The position numbers and the translations under genes are program-made. From NCBI RefSeq assembly GCF_028641065.1, contig NC_073384.1:16864001-16928000 (forward strand): 64,000 nucleotides of DNA. Direction: 5' to 3'. Within the stretch, counting starts at the first letter, position 1; every line of letters begins with the position of its first letter. The DNA comes from Leucoraja erinacea. Its lineage: Eukaryota. This document shows positions 53,801 to 63,392 of the stretch, one piece after another. The notes under the pieces are model-generated. The model was not told the origin of the DNA. It did not search any database and saw only the letters and a list, made by a program, of their open reading frames with translations.

Positions 53801-56134
53801 TGCTGCCTGACCCATTGAGTTACTCCAGCTTTTTGTGTCTATCTTCGATTTAAATCAGCATCTGCAGTTCCATCCTGCACTTCTACAGGTGCACAGTAGA
53901 GAGCATGCTGACCGGTTGCATCGTGGCTTGGTTCGGCAACTTGAGCGCCCTGGAGAGGAAGAGACTTAAAAAGTAGTAAACACTGCCCAGTCCATCATCG
54001 GCTCTGACCTTCTTTCCATCGAGGGGATTTATCAAAGTCGCTACCTCAAAACGGGTGGCAGTATCATCAAAGACCCACACCATCCTGGCCACACACTCAT
54101 CTCCCTGCTACCTTCAGGTAGAAGTTACAGGAGCCTGAAGACTGCAACAACCAGGTTCAGGAATAGCTACTTCCCCACAGCCATCAGGCTATTAAACCTG
54201 GCTCAGCCAAAACTCTGAACATTAATAACCCATTATTTGTTATTTGCACTTTATCAGTTTATTTATTCATGTGTTTTGTAGTCAATGCCTATTATGTTCT
54301 GTGTGCTGAAGCAAAGCAAGAATTTCAAATCCTGTCCAAACTCAGGGATCAGGGTCTCTGCTCCACCCTATTCAACTGGTTGCTTGACTTCCCCTTTGGC
54401 GGACCTCAGTCAGTATGTATTGACAACAACATCTCCACCTCCTTGACCATCAGCACAGGGGCACCTCAAGGCTGTGTGTCAAACCGCTCCTCTACCCTCT
54501 GTATACCCATGACTGTGTAGCCAGACGCAGCTCCAAAGCCATCTTTAAATTCTCCAATGATACCACCTTCCTTGGATGAGTAATGGCCAACGCTGAATCA
54601 GGTTACTGGAGGGAGATCGATAATTTAGTAAAATGGTAACAGAACAAGAATTTTGCTCTCAGCATCCGCAAGAAAAATAAGCAGGTTATTGACTTCAGGA
54701 AGAGAAAGCAGAGGGACTATGCACCTGTCCATGTTAGTGGAATGGCAATGGAGAAAGAGTTAAAGGCTTCATGTTCCTGGGCTTTCACATCTCTGATGGT
54801 CTGTCGTGAGCCCAGCGCACTGGTGCAATCTCAAAGAAAGCTCGCCAATGCTTCTACTTCCTCAGAGGTTTGAGGAGATTTGGCACGTTGCCCAATACTC
54901 TATCAAACCTCCACAAGTGTACAGTGGACAGGTTACTAGCTAGTTGCATCATGGCCTTGTTCGAAAATTTGAATGGTCAGGATTGAAGGAGGCAACAATA
55001 AGCAGTGGATATTGCCCAGTCCATCATCGACACTGACCTCCACACCATCAAAGGGAACTACAGGAAGCGCTGCCTCAAGAAGACAGCTAATATTGTCAAG
55101 ACCCACACCATCCAGCCCACGCTCTCTTCTCACTGCTATCATCGGGAAGCAGGTGCTGGAGCCCGAGAACTGTTACCACCAGGTTCAAGAACAGCTTTAT
55201 CCAATCAACCAACATGTTTTTGAATTAATTTGTACACTCTAACCACAACCCTTCTCACCACTGAACAGACTTTGCATGACTGTGGTTACTCCACATACTT
55301 TGATAATGCTTTATCATCATCTAGTTTAGTTAAATAAGTTATGGCACACTTGTTGTTGCTGATCGGACTAATATTTACTATAGAGATACAGCATGGAACC
55401 AACCCCTTTGGCCCACTGAGTATGCGCCAACCAGTAATTACCCCATACACACTAGAGACAATTTACAATTTTACCAAAGCCAATTAATGTACAAACGCGT
55501 TTTTTTTGGGGACGTAGGAAGAAACCAAAACACTCCCACATGGTCACAGCGAATGTATAAACTCCGCACAGATTAATGTGCCTAAAGCCAGTAAGTAAGA
55601 ATTTAATTGCTCCAGTCCACTTCCGCCACATATGAAAAATAAACACTCTTCCTGTTATTATATCCCCTTCACACATCTCATTACTTTTCTTCCCTCCATT
55701 ACATCTGCCTGTTTAATCTCCACTCTTTCTTGCATTTGTTTAATGCATTTATTTTACATATGGGTTGCGAATGTACATGTTTTCCTATCTTCTGATATTT
55801 TAGCCAAATAATTTGCTCAGATATGAATCAGAACAGCCTCAGATGACTTCTAAACCTTGATTAGTAAAGCAGTGAAACAAATTGATATCCATGCTTCCTA
55901 GGAATCCCAGAGCAGTACACTTCAGTGTCCGTCTCACAGGCAACCAACAACACAAAACATCTCAATTTTAAACTGAAATATTCAACTGTAAAATCGTAGA
56001 CAGACATCACTGCAATATGTAAATTGAACTTGAAAGCAGATGAAACTAACCCAGACTGGGCGACCCATCTTGGGACTTTACTTACCCACTGCACAGAGGG
56101 ACAGACTCAAGGTGGAGAATATCAGTGAAAACAT
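16615..56134 (-). CDS. Whole gene span: four-VJ-domain Ig superfamily inhibitory receptor (L-V1-V2-V3-V4-TM-cyt1-cyt2-cyt3; 1791 nt CDS, ~596 aa), NITR/SIRP/NKp30-like VJ receptor
   Basis: Nine exons with canonical GT/AG sites and compatible phases (1,1,1,1,1,2,1,0) give one uninterrupted ORF from ATG 56134 to TAG 16615. Confidence 0.85.
16877..19203 (-). mobile_element. 5'-truncated CR1/HER1 LINE with 549-aa RT ORF, in last receptor intron
   Basis: ORF 17270-18919: [34 protein letters not shown]. Confidence 0.95.
19240..20240 (-). mobile_element. Older CR1-type LINE fragment
   Basis: Fragmented RT readings ([25 protein letters not shown]). Confidence 0.8.
20482..20525 (-). CDS. Receptor cytoplasmic exon 2 ([15 protein letters not shown])
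   Basis: Acceptor cttattttatttcag, donor GTAAGT; 44 nt, phase 1-0. Confidence 0.75.
20666..21040 (-). mobile_element. HE1-type SINE with a short + strand LINE 3' tail inserted (~20709-20818)
   Basis: SINE body matches 7690-7985; internal gagaaggcagg...tttctatg tail. Confidence 0.7.
21720..22175 (-). mobile_element. Penelope-like element 3' fragment (GIY-YIG end + terminal repeat)
   Basis: Reads ..HFNSASHS...[21 protein letters not shown], typical PLE endonuclease C-terminus, followed by the hammerhead-bearing terminal repeat. Confidence 0.75.
23132..23175 (-). CDS. Receptor cytoplasmic exon 1 ([14 protein letters not shown])
   Basis: Acceptor atcatttcactag, donor GTAAAA; 44 nt, phase 2-1 fits both neighbours; contains NPVY. 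Confidence 0.75.
23615..23762 (-). CDS. Receptor transmembrane exon
   Basis: Acceptor tatttttcag; [49 protein letters not shown]; uncharged hydrophobic stretch followed by KK; GTAAGT donor, phase 1-2. Confidence 0.9.
25560..26340 (-). mobile_element. CR1-type LINE endonuclease-region fragment
   Basis: [33 protein letters not shown]. Confidence 0.85.
26500..27330 (+). mobile_element. GC-rich non-autonomous retroposon with (tcttga)n tail
   Basis: GC-rich body, ends gacaaataaattgaatcttgatcttga. Confidence 0.55.
27838..28665 (-). mobile_element. ~820-bp GC-rich non-autonomous retroposon ((tatcttg)n tail)
   Basis: Reverse-complement homolog of 34293-35117. Confidence 0.7.
29006..29350 (-). CDS. 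Receptor exon 5: V-set Ig domain V4 (near-copy of V2)
   Basis: [12 protein letters not shown]...ARLHC...[23 protein letters not shown]; acceptor ttttcccattaaag, donor GTAAGT; 345 nt, phase 1-1. Confidence 0.93.
29595..31117 (+). mobile_element. Young 5'-truncated Rex1/Babar-type LINE (RT) between V3 and V4
   Basis: [45 protein letters not shown]; one frameshift; (ttga)n tail at ~31087-31117. Confidence 0.9.
33020..33367 (-). CDS. Receptor exon 4: V-set Ig domain V3 with joined J (YGAGSQLNV)
   Basis: [13 protein letters not shown]...QLQC...[10 protein letters not shown]...[23 protein letters not shown]; donor GTAAGT; 348 nt, phase 1-1. Confidence 0.93.
34293..35117 (+). mobile_element. ~820-bp GC-rich non-autonomous retroposon, same family as 27838-28665
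   Basis: Shared 5' end ctaggggcgccgcatt and 3' end gtgacaagtaaatgtatcttgtatcttg. Confidence 0.7.
36075..36419 (-). CDS. Receptor exon 3: V-set Ig domain V2 with joined J-like segment (RGNGTQLKV)
   Basis: [12 protein letters not shown]...ARLRC...VHWY...[23 protein letters not shown]; acceptor ttttttccctttcaag, donor GTGAGT; 345 nt, phase 1-1. Confidence 0.93.
37314..37664 (-). CDS. Receptor exon 2: V-set Ig domain V1 with germline-joined J (FGDGTKLNV)
   Basis: [13 protein letters not shown]...EIRC...VHWY...RFQLSRN...[34 protein letters not shown]; AG/GTGAG, 351 nt, phase 1-1. Confidence 0.93.
38790..39037 (+). mobile_element. HE1-type SINE
   Basis: Homologous to other SINE copies (gtttgcatgttctccctgtg core). 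Confidence 0.7.
39038..41565 (-). mobile_element. CR1-type LINE interrupted by an opposite-orientation CR1/HER1 insertion
   Basis: RT fragments on - at 39188, 40423-41397; (tctattg)n tail at 39038. Confidence 0.88.
39496..40431 (+). mobile_element. Nested 5'-truncated CR1/HER1 LINE
   Basis: [21 protein letters not shown]...; host sequence resumes after the tail with a TAA duplication. Confidence 0.88.
42703..42935 (+). mobile_element. HE1-type SINE
   Basis: ggcacggtggtgcagcggtagag...ggtttgatcc tRNA-like head. Confidence 0.8.
46651..46950 (-). mobile_element. HE1-type SINE
   Basis: Near-identical layout to 7690-7985. Confidence 0.8.
47845..48620 (-). mobile_element. Endogenous retrovirus pol remnant (RNase H and integrase Zn-finger start), class I (gamma/epsilon)-like
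   Basis: [48 protein letters not shown]...GNRSAD, then SHHGKGG...CLMCQQNN across frameshifts. Confidence 0.85.
49190..49352. other. Assembly gap (163 N) within receptor intron 1
   Basis: Run of n. Confidence 1.
50031..50978 (-). mobile_element. CR1-type LINE 3' fragment nested in a Rex1-like fragment
   Basis: ORF 50183-50881 RT C-terminus; flanks 49860-50030 and 50985-51185 are contiguous Rex1-like 3' sequence. Confidence 0.8.
53882..55250 (+). mobile_element. Two degenerate Rex1-like LINE fragments
   Basis: [27 protein letters not shown] remnants. Confidence 0.7.
56086..56134 (-). CDS. Receptor exon 1: signal peptide ([17 protein letters not shown])
   Basis: ATG at 56134, hydrophobic 16 codons, phase-1 GTAAG donor; joined to V1 gives ...CAVGLTA|NTS, a plausible signal-peptidase site. 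Confidence 0.8.
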
Positions 56135-56310
56135 GTTGTTAAACTTGGTTTGCAAGGATTAGACTTCTGTTCATTCAGACCCGATGTTCCCTTTGTTGTT
56201 TTAGAAGCGACTGACCTCTTCTACTTCCCCACAAGATTGTTTCATCACAAATGTGTGCAATGTAAAGAGGAAGTCATGGGGAAAGTGTGCAGTGGAAACC
56301 ACTGAAAATT
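56135..56310 (-). promoter_or_regulatory. Putative TATA-less leukocyte promoter of the VJ receptor
   Basis: PU.1/ETS motif AAAGAGGAAGT at 56264-56274, second ETS core ACTTCCCC at 56223-56230, GGGGAAAGTG (IRF/ETS-like) at 56278, Runx-like AACCAC near 56297, all within ~170 bp of the ATG. Confidence 0.55.
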
Positions 56311-57409
56311 TACTCTCAAACTGTAGGCAGACCACCAGAGTAGTTTTCACCATTCTCTCTGGATGCATCGACGATGGTCACAGATGCAAGTTTCAGATGT
56401 TCTGAGGGTCAATCCTTATGGTCACTCATGATGTTCATTCACATTTTTCAGATTCAAATGTTGGAACAAAACCAAATGCTCTGATTAATTTTCGCCTTTT
56501 ATTAGGAAAATTGGGAAGAGCAAGTGACTGAAGTGTAAGTTGGCGAGCCTTTTGGGACCAGCGACCACAGGTGTATTAGCTTTAAAATACTTAGGGATAA
56601 CCACAGGGTTGGCCCACTAGTTACAATTCTGAATTGGGGCAAGGCGAACTTTGTATATCCGATAGGAACTTGCTAAAGTTGCTTAGCATAGGCTTTTACA
56701 AGTGTGATGAAAAGAGTTCAGGGTTTGCCTATTCCTGTTGTAGTGAAAGGCAAGGCAGGTGGGAGTAAGGAAGCTTGGATGAGGAGAGGAATTGAGGCTG
56801 TCAGGAAGAAGGAGGAGGCAAGGGCCAGGAATAGGCAGCAAAGATTGTGCATCCCTCGAGCGGTTTTGTGAACTGAGGAGCAGGATTGAGAAGGAAATCA
56901 TGAGGGAAATAAGGGGACAGGAAATACATCTGGCAGATAATATTAAAGAAAATTGAGTTTAATGATTTGAAATAACAAAGCATTGCAGTTGCTGGTTAAA
57001 GATTTAAAAATTAAGTTGAATAAAAATTTTTGAAGAAGTAACATACAAGGTTTTTGAGGGCAAGCCATAATTGTTACTTCAGCATTTTGTGTATTTCCTT
57101 TCGAAACCAGCATCCGCAGTTCCCGGTTTCTACATAGACGTTGTTAGGTTCTTCATGGTAAACTGCTCTGGAAATTTAGATTATACTAGACTAAGTGGGA
57201 CCCGTTGGGTCCCAAGTTCACACGGGAGGGCTGGTCCCCCGACGCAATATTCCACCTCTCCTCCAATTCCAATATTGGTGGCCATTGGGGGGGCTGTTTG
57301 GAGCGGTGGTATAGGTTCTTGGGGTGGCAGCTCAGTCCCTCAAGCCTGGTCTGCTGGCAGCTCACTCATGGCTGGTGGGATGGCAGTTGACTCATGGTTA
57401 TTCCTTCAA

Positions 57410-58140
57410 TTTCCATTTCAAGCAGGGTGCAAGACCACCAAATTCAAGTGCAGTTTCTCACCACTTTGAGCAGGGTGCAAGGCCACCATATTTAAATCAA
57501 TTTTCCTACCATTTCAAGCAGGGTTCAAGGCCACCAAATTCAAGTGCAGTTTCTCACCACTTTGAGCAGGGTGCAAGGCTACCAAATTCAAGTGCAGTTT
57601 CCTACCACTTCAAGCAGGGTGCAAGACCACTAAATTCAAGTGCAGTTTCCAACCACTTCAAGCAAAAAAAAAAAAATGAAATGAAATGATTCAATTTATT
57701 GTCATTGTCAGTGTACAGTACAGAGACAACGAAATGCATTTTAGCATCTCCCTTGAAAGGGAGACACAGGGCGTCGCGGTGTGCCCGCGCCTGCCGCCGT
57801 AGCAAGGTGCAAGGCCGCTGAATTCAAGTGCAGTTTCATACTACTTCAAGCAGGGTGCAAGGCCACCAAATTCAAGTGCAGTTTCCTACCACTTCAAGCA
57901 GGGTGCAAGGCCACCAAATTCAAGTGCAGTTTCATACCACTTCAAGCTGGATCTAAGGCCACCAAATTCAAGTGCAGTTTCATACCACTTTCAGCAGGGT
58001 GCAAGGCCACCAAATTCAGTGCAGTTTCATACCACTTCAAGCAGGATGCAAGGCCGCCAAATCCAAGAGCAGTTTCATTCCACTTCAAGCAGGGTGCAAG
58101 GCACCAAATTCAAATGCAGCTTCATACCATTTCATGCAGG
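57410..58140. repeat. 48-bp tandem array inside the Helitron
   Basis: Unit caagcagggtgcaaggccaccaaattcaagtgcagtttcataccactt, ~12 copies, interrupted at ~57665-57800. Confidence 0.9.
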
Positions 58141-59889
58141 GTGAAACCACCATAAAACCACACAAAACACCAAACTCACAGTTCAGTAGACATTCAGTGT
58201 GTTCAATTGATTCACAGCTCAGGCAGAGTCGTGACCTCTCCCTCCCCCATCATGCAGAGACTGAGCCACACTCACTATTCCGGGTTTTATGACCCCTCCC
58301 CTTCCAACCAGAAAAGGTGTGGCCTTCATGGCATGATTGACACGAGAGAGATTCTCAGCATTTAAAAAAAACTAATAACACTTTTATTTTTCATTGATGG
58401 GAAGAATTCTCTGCACCTGCACAGCAGAGGGGGACTGAGTAAGATGGCCAAAAATCACAGCCGTAAGTGGTAGCGTTTTATCTAAAATCAATATACAGTG
58501 CAAACAGTGCATTTGCAGTAGTGCTTTTCAACTTCAAGCCAAAGCACCCAAGCAGGGCTCTCACTTAACTTTTTTTCTCTGTTGACAGCTTTTTAGGTTG
58601 CCAAATGACAGTTTAGGTGGTCATTTAAGACGGTTTGCATGACGCGTTCGATAATGTGCTCGAACGAAGTGCGTAGTTACCAGTCGGAATTATGCTCAAT
58701 GAAGCATTCACATATTATGTTCAAGAAGGAGCTGCAGATGCTGGAATTTCGAAGGTAGACAAAAGTGCTGGAGAAACTCAGCGGGTGCAGCAGCATCTAT
58801 GGAGCGAAGGAAATAGGCAACGTTTCAGGCCGAAACCCATCAGTCTGAAGAAGGGTTTTGGCTCAAAACTTTGCCTATTTCCTTCGCTCCATAGATGCTG
58901 CCGCATCCGCTGAGTTTCTCCAGCACTCTTGTCTACATTCACATGTTATTTCTGCTTCAAATAACTCACAAACTAAACATATTCACCAATCAAGACATGA
59001 TACATACCATGATGACATGCAGCAAAATTATAATACAATATTTCAACTCTTTTTACACATTGCAATTAACGCAATTTCTATTAGCTCTTTCCACTTCCAA
59101 ACAAAAATGTGGTTGGATTATTCAGCATATGATCAACCTGTGTCAATAAATCCTGGACCATGCTTAACCATGAACACTACTGATTGATGCAAGCATGTTC
59201 TCTGTGAAAGACCAAAAATTATCATGACATGGCCTTAGCATGGGTCGTTATTGCTATTGGTACAGAAACACTCTCGCTTCCCACATATCTTATCCATAAC
59301 AAAATATACAGGTTGCAAGGAAATTTCTAAAGGCATTTTATGATTATAGCTGTTAAAACCGACTATACCCATCTGACAGGTTAAACATTACACGATCTGA
59401 CAAGAGATGGCCAAAGTACATAACTGCAGCAAATGTTCTTTTGGTAATATGTTTAAAGGTGTAAAAATAAATAATAACATTAGGAATTAAAACACATTTG
59501 ATTGCATTCCGTTATCAAACATAGTCAATGTTCGCTCTGAAGACCATGAAGCACAATAGGGTCATGGGGTGTGTGACTCAGTGCGGGGTGGATAGATGGC
59601 GGGGGGGGGGGGGGGCGGTTGAGAAGGCAATCGGAATGGATAGATTGAGGCAGGTGAATTAGTACGTGTTGGTTGGAGTATGTAAAATTGTGAGGGGAGA
59701 GCACGGGGGAAGTCAGTGATGTGGAATGGAGGTGTTCAGTACGGGATGGATGGGGTAGACAAAAGTGCTGGAGAAACTCAGCGGGTGAGGCAGCATTCAG
59801 ATTCAGATTCAATTTTAATTGTCATTGTCAGTGTACAGTACAGAGACAACGAAATGCATTTTGGAACATCTATGGAACAAAGGAAATAG

Positions 59890-59922
59890 GCAACGTTTCG
59901 GGTCGAGACCCTTCTTCAGACT
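59890..59922 (-). ncRNA. Minimal hammerhead-ribozyme motif (second representative copy)
   Basis: Minus strand GTCTGAAGAAGGGTCTCGACCCGAAACGTTGCC with perfect helix II. Confidence 0.5.
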
Positions 59923-59939
59923 GTTCTTCCCATTCTTCT

Positions 59940-60520
59940 TGAACGGGGGGGGGGGGTTAGTACATGATGAATGGGGGGGGATCAGTACAGGATGAATGGG
60001 GGGGGGGGGGTCAGGACAGTGTAGATCGGAATGTCTGTGCAGGATGAATGGGGGATCATTACAGGATGAATGAGGGGATCAGTATAGGATGAATGGGGGA
60101 TCAGTATGGGATGAATGAGGGGATCAGTACAGGATGCATGAGGGGATCAGTACAGGATGCATGAGGGGATCAGATACAGGATGAATGGGGGATCAGTAAA
60201 AGATGAATGGGGAGATCGCTACTGGATGGATGGGGGATTGGTGCAGGGTAAATGGAGGGTGGGTCAGTACGGGATGAATGTGAGGATCAGTACAGTATGA
60301 ATGGGGGGAGAAGTGCAGGATGGATGGGAATGGGGGGTCAGTACAGAATGAATTGGGGGACCAGTGTAGGATGGATGGGGGGTAGCAGGAGAATCAATGC
60401 GAGGTGGGTAGGGTGATGAATAGATTGTGGGGGAGGGGTAGATGGGGAGGGGAGCACAGGGGATGTCAGTGAGGACTGAATAAAGGAGGGAATGGGGATC
60501 AGTGCGGGATGGAGAGGAGG
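59940..60520. repeat. G-rich ~23-bp minisatellite (ggatcagtacaggatgaatgggg)
   Basis: More than 15 imperfect copies. Confidence 0.85.
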
Positions 60521-61328
60521 GGTCCCAGGATAAGAGGGGTGGAGGGGGGCATACAAGAGAGAGAGGGAGGGGAGGGGGGGGGAAGGGGCAGAGGAGGTGG
60601 GGTGGAAGGAAGATCAGCGCTCCTCGGACAACATCGCCCCTCTGCCTTGGCCGTCCCTGTCCAACGTCAAAGTGCCGGCACCACCTCGCCACCGCCTCCC
60701 CTCCTCCGCCAGCCGACAGCAAGGTTCAGGGCCGAGCGGTGCAGCTCAAAGATCCTATAGCTATAGGATCTTTGGTGCAGCTGCTTCAGTTGGTGGAAGG
60801 AGGCCCTGCCCTCCCTCCTTCCCTCCTCGTGCGAGAAGGGTTGTTTTGAAAGGACCGTTGGCGGATTTGTAAGTAGCGGCTGCTATCAGGGCGATAGCGG
60901 CCGTTATCAGGGCGATAGCGGCCGCTGCTTGCAAATCCGCCAAACAACCCCTCTCGCACGCCGAGGCCGGGAGGAGGGAAGGAGGGAGAGGGAGAGGGAG
61001 GCCTCCTTCCACCGGGTGGGGTGCGGGAGGAGGAGGCGGTGGAGCCGCTGTCACGGCCGCTGTTGCCACTGTTCAGGGCCCGTCATTCGCTCCGACCCTT
61101 CGTCACCATGCACCTAGTATCTTTGACCCGCACAGCCGCCGCCGCCGACACGAAACGTCACGTTCCTATTCTCCAGAGATGCTGCCTGACCTGCGGAGTT
61201 ACTCAGTTTTTTGTGTCTATTGGAATAAACCAGTATTTGGTTGCCAAGCTGGGCGAAATGACTCGGTGTTTAGGTTGCCCGTTGGCACTTTGGGTAGTCA
61301 ATGGCACCCGGGCAACCGCTAATTTCGA

Positions 61329-61620
61329 GCACCCAAGCCACCATTTGCAGCAAGTAATGCCTTTCAACTTCAAGCCAAAACACCCAAGCCACCATTTGCA
61401 GTAAGTAGTGCCTTTCAACTTCAAACCAAAGCACCCAAGCCACCATTTGCAGCAACTTGTGCCTTTCATCTTCAACCCAAAGCACCCAAGCCCCCATTTG
61501 CAGTAAGTAGTGCCTTTCAACTTCAAGCCAGTGCACCCAAGCCACCATTTGCAGTAAGTAGTGCCTTTTTACATTCAAAACAAAGCACCTAAACAACCAT
61601 TTGCAGGCAGTGCATTTTTA
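61329..61620. repeat. 51-bp tandem array inside the Helitron
   Basis: Unit gcacccaagccaccatttgcagtaagtagtgcctttcaacttcaagccaaa, ~6 copies; one orphan unit at 58510-58552. Confidence 0.9.
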
Positions 61621-61960
61621 ACTCAAACAAACCATATTTTCATTTTCAAACCACATTAAGGGGACTCACATTTGAGTAGACATTTGTTCAGTGTTATTCA
61701 GAGCTCAGAGAGACGTGTATCTTTGGCTTCATCCATCTTGCAGAGACTGAGTGAGGCACACCACTTCCTGGTTTTATAGTCCCTCCCCCTCCCTCCAGCA
61801 GGGGCAGCAGAGAAAATGGTGATATAATTTTAACATTAATATCTCTCTGATTTGTCATCGATGGAAAAAATCCTCCGGTCCAGGAAGGCGGAGGGGGGCT
61901 CTGAGTGAGGTGGCCAAAAATGACTGCCATAGATGGCGGCGTTCCCTCAGAAATCGCAGC

Positions 61961-62352
61961 AAAGGGGGGACTTGATAGAGGTTTTTAAAATGATGAGAGG
62001 GATAGACAGAGTTGACGTGGAAAAGCTTTTCCCACTGAGAGTAGGGAAGATTCAAACAAGGGAACATGACTTGAGAATTAAGGGCCTGAAGTTTAGGGGT
62101 AACATGAGGGGGAACTTCTTTACTCAGAGAGTGGTAGCTGTGTGGAATGAGCTTCCAGTGAAGGTGGTGGAGGCAGGTTCGTTTTTATCATTTAAAAATA
62201 AATTGGATAGTTATATGGATGGGAAGGGAATGGAGGGTTATGGTCTGAGCGCAGGTATATGGGACTAGGGGAGATTATGTGTTTGGCACGGACTAGAAGG
62301 GTCGAGATGGCCTGTTTCCGTGCTGTGATTGTTATATGGTTATATGGTTATA
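61961..62352 (+). mobile_element. CR1-type LINE 3' fragment ((atggttat)n tail) inserted in the Helitron
   Basis: RGDLIEVFKMMRGIDRVD...FFTQRVVAVWNELP. Confidence 0.85.
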
Positions 62353-62353
62353 T

Positions 62354-63392
62354 TAGCAATGTTACAAAATTTTGAGATTTAAAAAATCAAGTCTGCAATT
62401 TATCCCATCAGATAAAGCATAACAATAAGTTTAATTTGACATGTAATTCACTTTCATATCTCAAGTAATAAAAAAGTTATGGCCATTTTCATACTCGGAA
62501 ATTAGCATCTTGTTCCCTATTGATTTTCTATGGACATAACAAAAAAGCTGTGATCGTGGACAGTCAAAAGCCCATAACCTTCTTAAAAATTAAGAGAACT
62601 GAATGAAATTTTCAGTTATCACAGATTGAAGCATTCTGAAACAAATATAAAATAATCTTACTTGGATGACCTGAAATTAAAGCATATAATTAGTTAGTTA
62701 CCCAATTGTAGCTAATTTCAAACTTCAATTACTAGATCTAAACATCTATCCATTTCTTAATAAATGATTAACATTTTTAAATAGCCCGTGTCCAAATAAT
62801 ATTCACAAATAATTCACGATAAAACATGATTTTAAAATCTCATTTACATCAATTTATAGGCCAAATGGAAGGAATTTAGTGTTCAATTGCTGTAAATTAA
62901 AGTCCATTTTAAATCGGCTTTCTAGTGGGTTCCTGTGAACGCGCTGGTTTAGAACGTTCACATTGCGCTGGATTTGTGCCCTCAAGTGCCCAGAAAAATA
63001 CTGCGGGATATAAAGAGCCCAAAATGAACTACTCGCTATAGAAAACTTTATATACAGGGTTCTTAAGAAGCCCCATTTAATGTAAAAATAAGGTACATAC
63101 CTTTAATTGTTTGCTTTATAAAACCCTGGGGCTGCGAGAGGTTGCGAGTTTAGAGAGTGATTTTTAGACTACTATAACTATTATACAAGGCCATAAAAAA
63201 CTAATAATACCTTTTGCGACGGGGTCTTCCAGCGATTTTCCGTTAATGATTTACTAGGCTGAACATTTTCGATTGCAACAGCCTAGTAAAAATCGCATTT
63301 TAAACCCGCCCCCTCTAAACAGCGCCAAAATCGCGCACACGGGGTAGGGCAGATGCTCAGCCACGATTCGGGTAGGTTTTGTAACATACCTA
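62354..63392. mobile_element. Possible ~1-kb TIR element (MITE-like) inside the Helitron
   Basis: Inverted termini TAGCAATGTTACAAAA / TTTTGTAACATACCTA (14/16 match). Confidence 0.45.

Larger units (their letters stand above)
58553..61329. mobile_element. hAT-like non-autonomous DNA transposon nested in the Helitron
   Basis: Starts CAGGGCTC, ends GCTAATTTCGAG (imperfect TIR), flanked by 8-bp duplication CACCCAAG (58545-58552 / 61330-61337). Confidence 0.6.

Noticed and set aside
57410-58140. Regular repeats resembling a CRISPR array or repeat-protein ORF (also 61329-61620)
   Set aside because: Head-to-tail units with no unique spacers, eukaryotic context, inside a Helitron; ORFs arise from unit lengths divisible by 3.
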